The notes under the pieces: generated by a model | Database searches by the model: none | What the model saw: only the letters and a program-made list of their open reading frames with translations | Told to the model about the DNA's origin: nothing | Shown here: piece by piece, positions 62,684 through 64,000 of the stretch | Layout: the number at the start of each line of letters is the position of its first letter | How positions within the stretch are numbered: the first letter of the stretch is position 1 | Translations under genes and position numbers: made by a program | NCBI GenBank assembly: GCA_965263355.1 | Contig: CBDHHL010000032.1 | Location: 1,376,001-1,440,000, forward strand | Length of the DNA: 64,000 nucleotides | Source: Leptolyngbyaceae cyanobacterium | Lineage (GTDB): Bacteria; Cyanobacteriota; Cyanobacteriia; Phormidesmidales; Phormidesmidaceae | Direction of reading: 5' to 3'

Positions 62684-62727
62684 AAAAAGATTTTTCTTAG
62701 ATCTGTGCATTTAAGAAAAATCTTTTT
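62684..62727. promoter_or_regulatory. 16-bp perfect inverted repeat, operator-like, upstream of the LodA-like gene
   Basis: AAAAAGATTTTTCTTA-N12-TAAGAAAAATCTTTTT. Confidence 0.4.
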
Positions 62728-62977
62728 CCTTAAGAAACTGAGGTGATGGCTATCGCTGAGTGTTCTCAGATGACGGATTCGGGAATATCACAAAATATAA
62801 CTTATTTTGTTAAGTGTTAAATACTAAAGACGTTAGATAGATATCAAACGAGAGAATGTAGGATAACAAAGGTATAAAGACCAAAATCGTTACCTTTTGC
62901 GACATATGTCTGCTTTATACGTTGTTTAGATAGCCAGTGTATTTCCAGCTGTCATACTACTGTTTGAGGCCCTATTG

Positions 62978-64000
62978 ATGAGCACAGATAACGCTGCCAA
63001 AAATATTGCTTACGTTGCCATTCATCCCGGTATTGGTATTGCCCGAGTTGGCAATTGTCGAGAGGAGAATGGATACTACATCGGTCCTGAAGTGACTAAT
63101 CCTAGATACGATGATCCTGGCCATGCCAAGGAAAAGCATGGAAAACATCCTGGACATTATCAGCCTGGCCAGATGAAGGATGATACAGGGGCGCTCAAAC
63201 GTCAGGCCGCTCGTTTTCGCATCTATGGCTATGACAAAGATGGTAATGCGATTTGTGAGATCACAGCAGATGATCCGAAGACTACCATTGAATGGACGGT
63301 GGAAATTGCCAATAAAAAAGCTGGATGGTATGAATTCGTTGAAGCCCTAGACCTCCCCGGTGGTCCTAAGGCCGATCGCCGAAATGCTAATATTCCTAAA
63401 AAAGATCGCCACAAATTAGAAATTCGACCCGAGCCCCAATCTATCTCAGGTAAACATCAAACATCGTCACCATTTGACGATGGTGAATTTATGGGCAAAA
63501 AGGTCTATCTGGGAGAACTTCGTACCGACGGCAAAGGACGATTATTGTTTTTAGGGGGATATGGCGAGTCTCACTCAGCCTATGCTGATAATCCACCTGC
63601 CAGCTTTGGTAACAACAATGGCTGGTGTGATGATATGTCTGATGGTTCAGTGTTGGCCAAGGTCACCATTGATGGCAAGACCTTTGAGGCTGATCCGGCC
63701 TGGGTGGTAACGGCACCGCCCAACTATGGAACTACCCTGATCGGTGTGAAAACCATGTGTGATGTGATGACCGATGTGTTTATCAATCCCACTGCGCGAA
63801 GTTATTGGTGGTCTTTTCCTAAGGAGATTTCGTTTACAAAACATATTCTGCCCATTTTTCAACAGTTTAGTGATGCCCAATGGGTGAACTATGGCTTCTC
63901 AGTGCAATTTGGCTACAATGGGCCATTTGACTTTACCAATAAGGCCTTTCTCAAGAAGCTGTCTCAAATCCCTTGTAAAACTGAGTCTAGCGGTTCACAA
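62978..64000 (+). CDS. LodA/GoxA-family CTQ-dependent amino-acid oxidase, 3'-truncated by the window edge
   Basis: Translated by hand: 'AIHPGIGIARVGN', 'LKRQAARFRIYGY', 'IEWTVEIANKKAGWY', 'LGELRTDGKGRLLFLGG', 'NNNGWCDDMSDG', 'AWVVTAPPNY'. Confidence 0.9.
   Translation, partial: MSTDNAAKNIAYVAIHPGIGIARVGNCREENGYYIGPEVTNPRYDDPGHAKEKHGKHPGHYQPGQMKDDTGALKRQAARFRIYGYDKDGNAICEITADDPKTTIEWTVEIANKKAGWYEFVEALDLPGGPKADRRNANIPKKDRHKLEIRPEPQSISGKHQTSSPFDDGEFMGKKVYLGELRTDGKGRLLFLGGYGESHSAYADNPPASFGNNNGWCDDMSDGSVLAKVTIDGKTFEADPAWVVTAPPNYGTTLIGVKTMCDVMTDVFINPTARSYWWSFPKEISFTKHILPIFQQFSDAQWVNYGFSVQFGYNGPFDFTNKAFLKKLSQIPCKTESSGSQ

Noticed and set aside
62972..63880. Three short minus-strand ORFs
   Set aside because: Antisense shadows of the LodA-like gene; the many short ORFs nested in long genes elsewhere were rejected likewise

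Overview
Chromosomal window of a cyanobacterium (por, chlB, cugP, scpA, DUF3611/DUF3153/DUF928/DUF4114 genes, HIP1 octamers GCGATCGC). 1-19.9 kb is mostly core genome, with a collapsed restriction/helicase remnant at about 14-15.5 kb. 20-24 kb is a mobile/decay zone: a mini IS4-type element, a solitary integron attC site behind an HNH-like gene, and a dead IS3. 24-53 kb is an AT-richer, HIP1-poor island bracketed by the IS3 and an IS701-like remnant. It looks like an uncharacterised biosynthetic system without NRPS/PKS: 3 sulfotransferases, 3 fucosyltransferase-like, 2 exostosin-like and 2 GT4 glycosyltransferases, 2 methyltransferases, two flavin monooxygenase types plus an FMN reductase, an SDR, a trans-sulfuration PLP enzyme, a multicopper oxidase, ABC/MATE/DMT transporters, and a pstSCAB operon followed by three paralogous unknown GxWxN beta-domain proteins. 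54-62 kb is an FHA-like exoprotein/CHAT/DUF928 module, followed by a tail-collar domain gene and the 5' part of a LodA/GoxA-family oxidase that the ORF track missed. All calls come from reading motifs by eye; no database searches were run.
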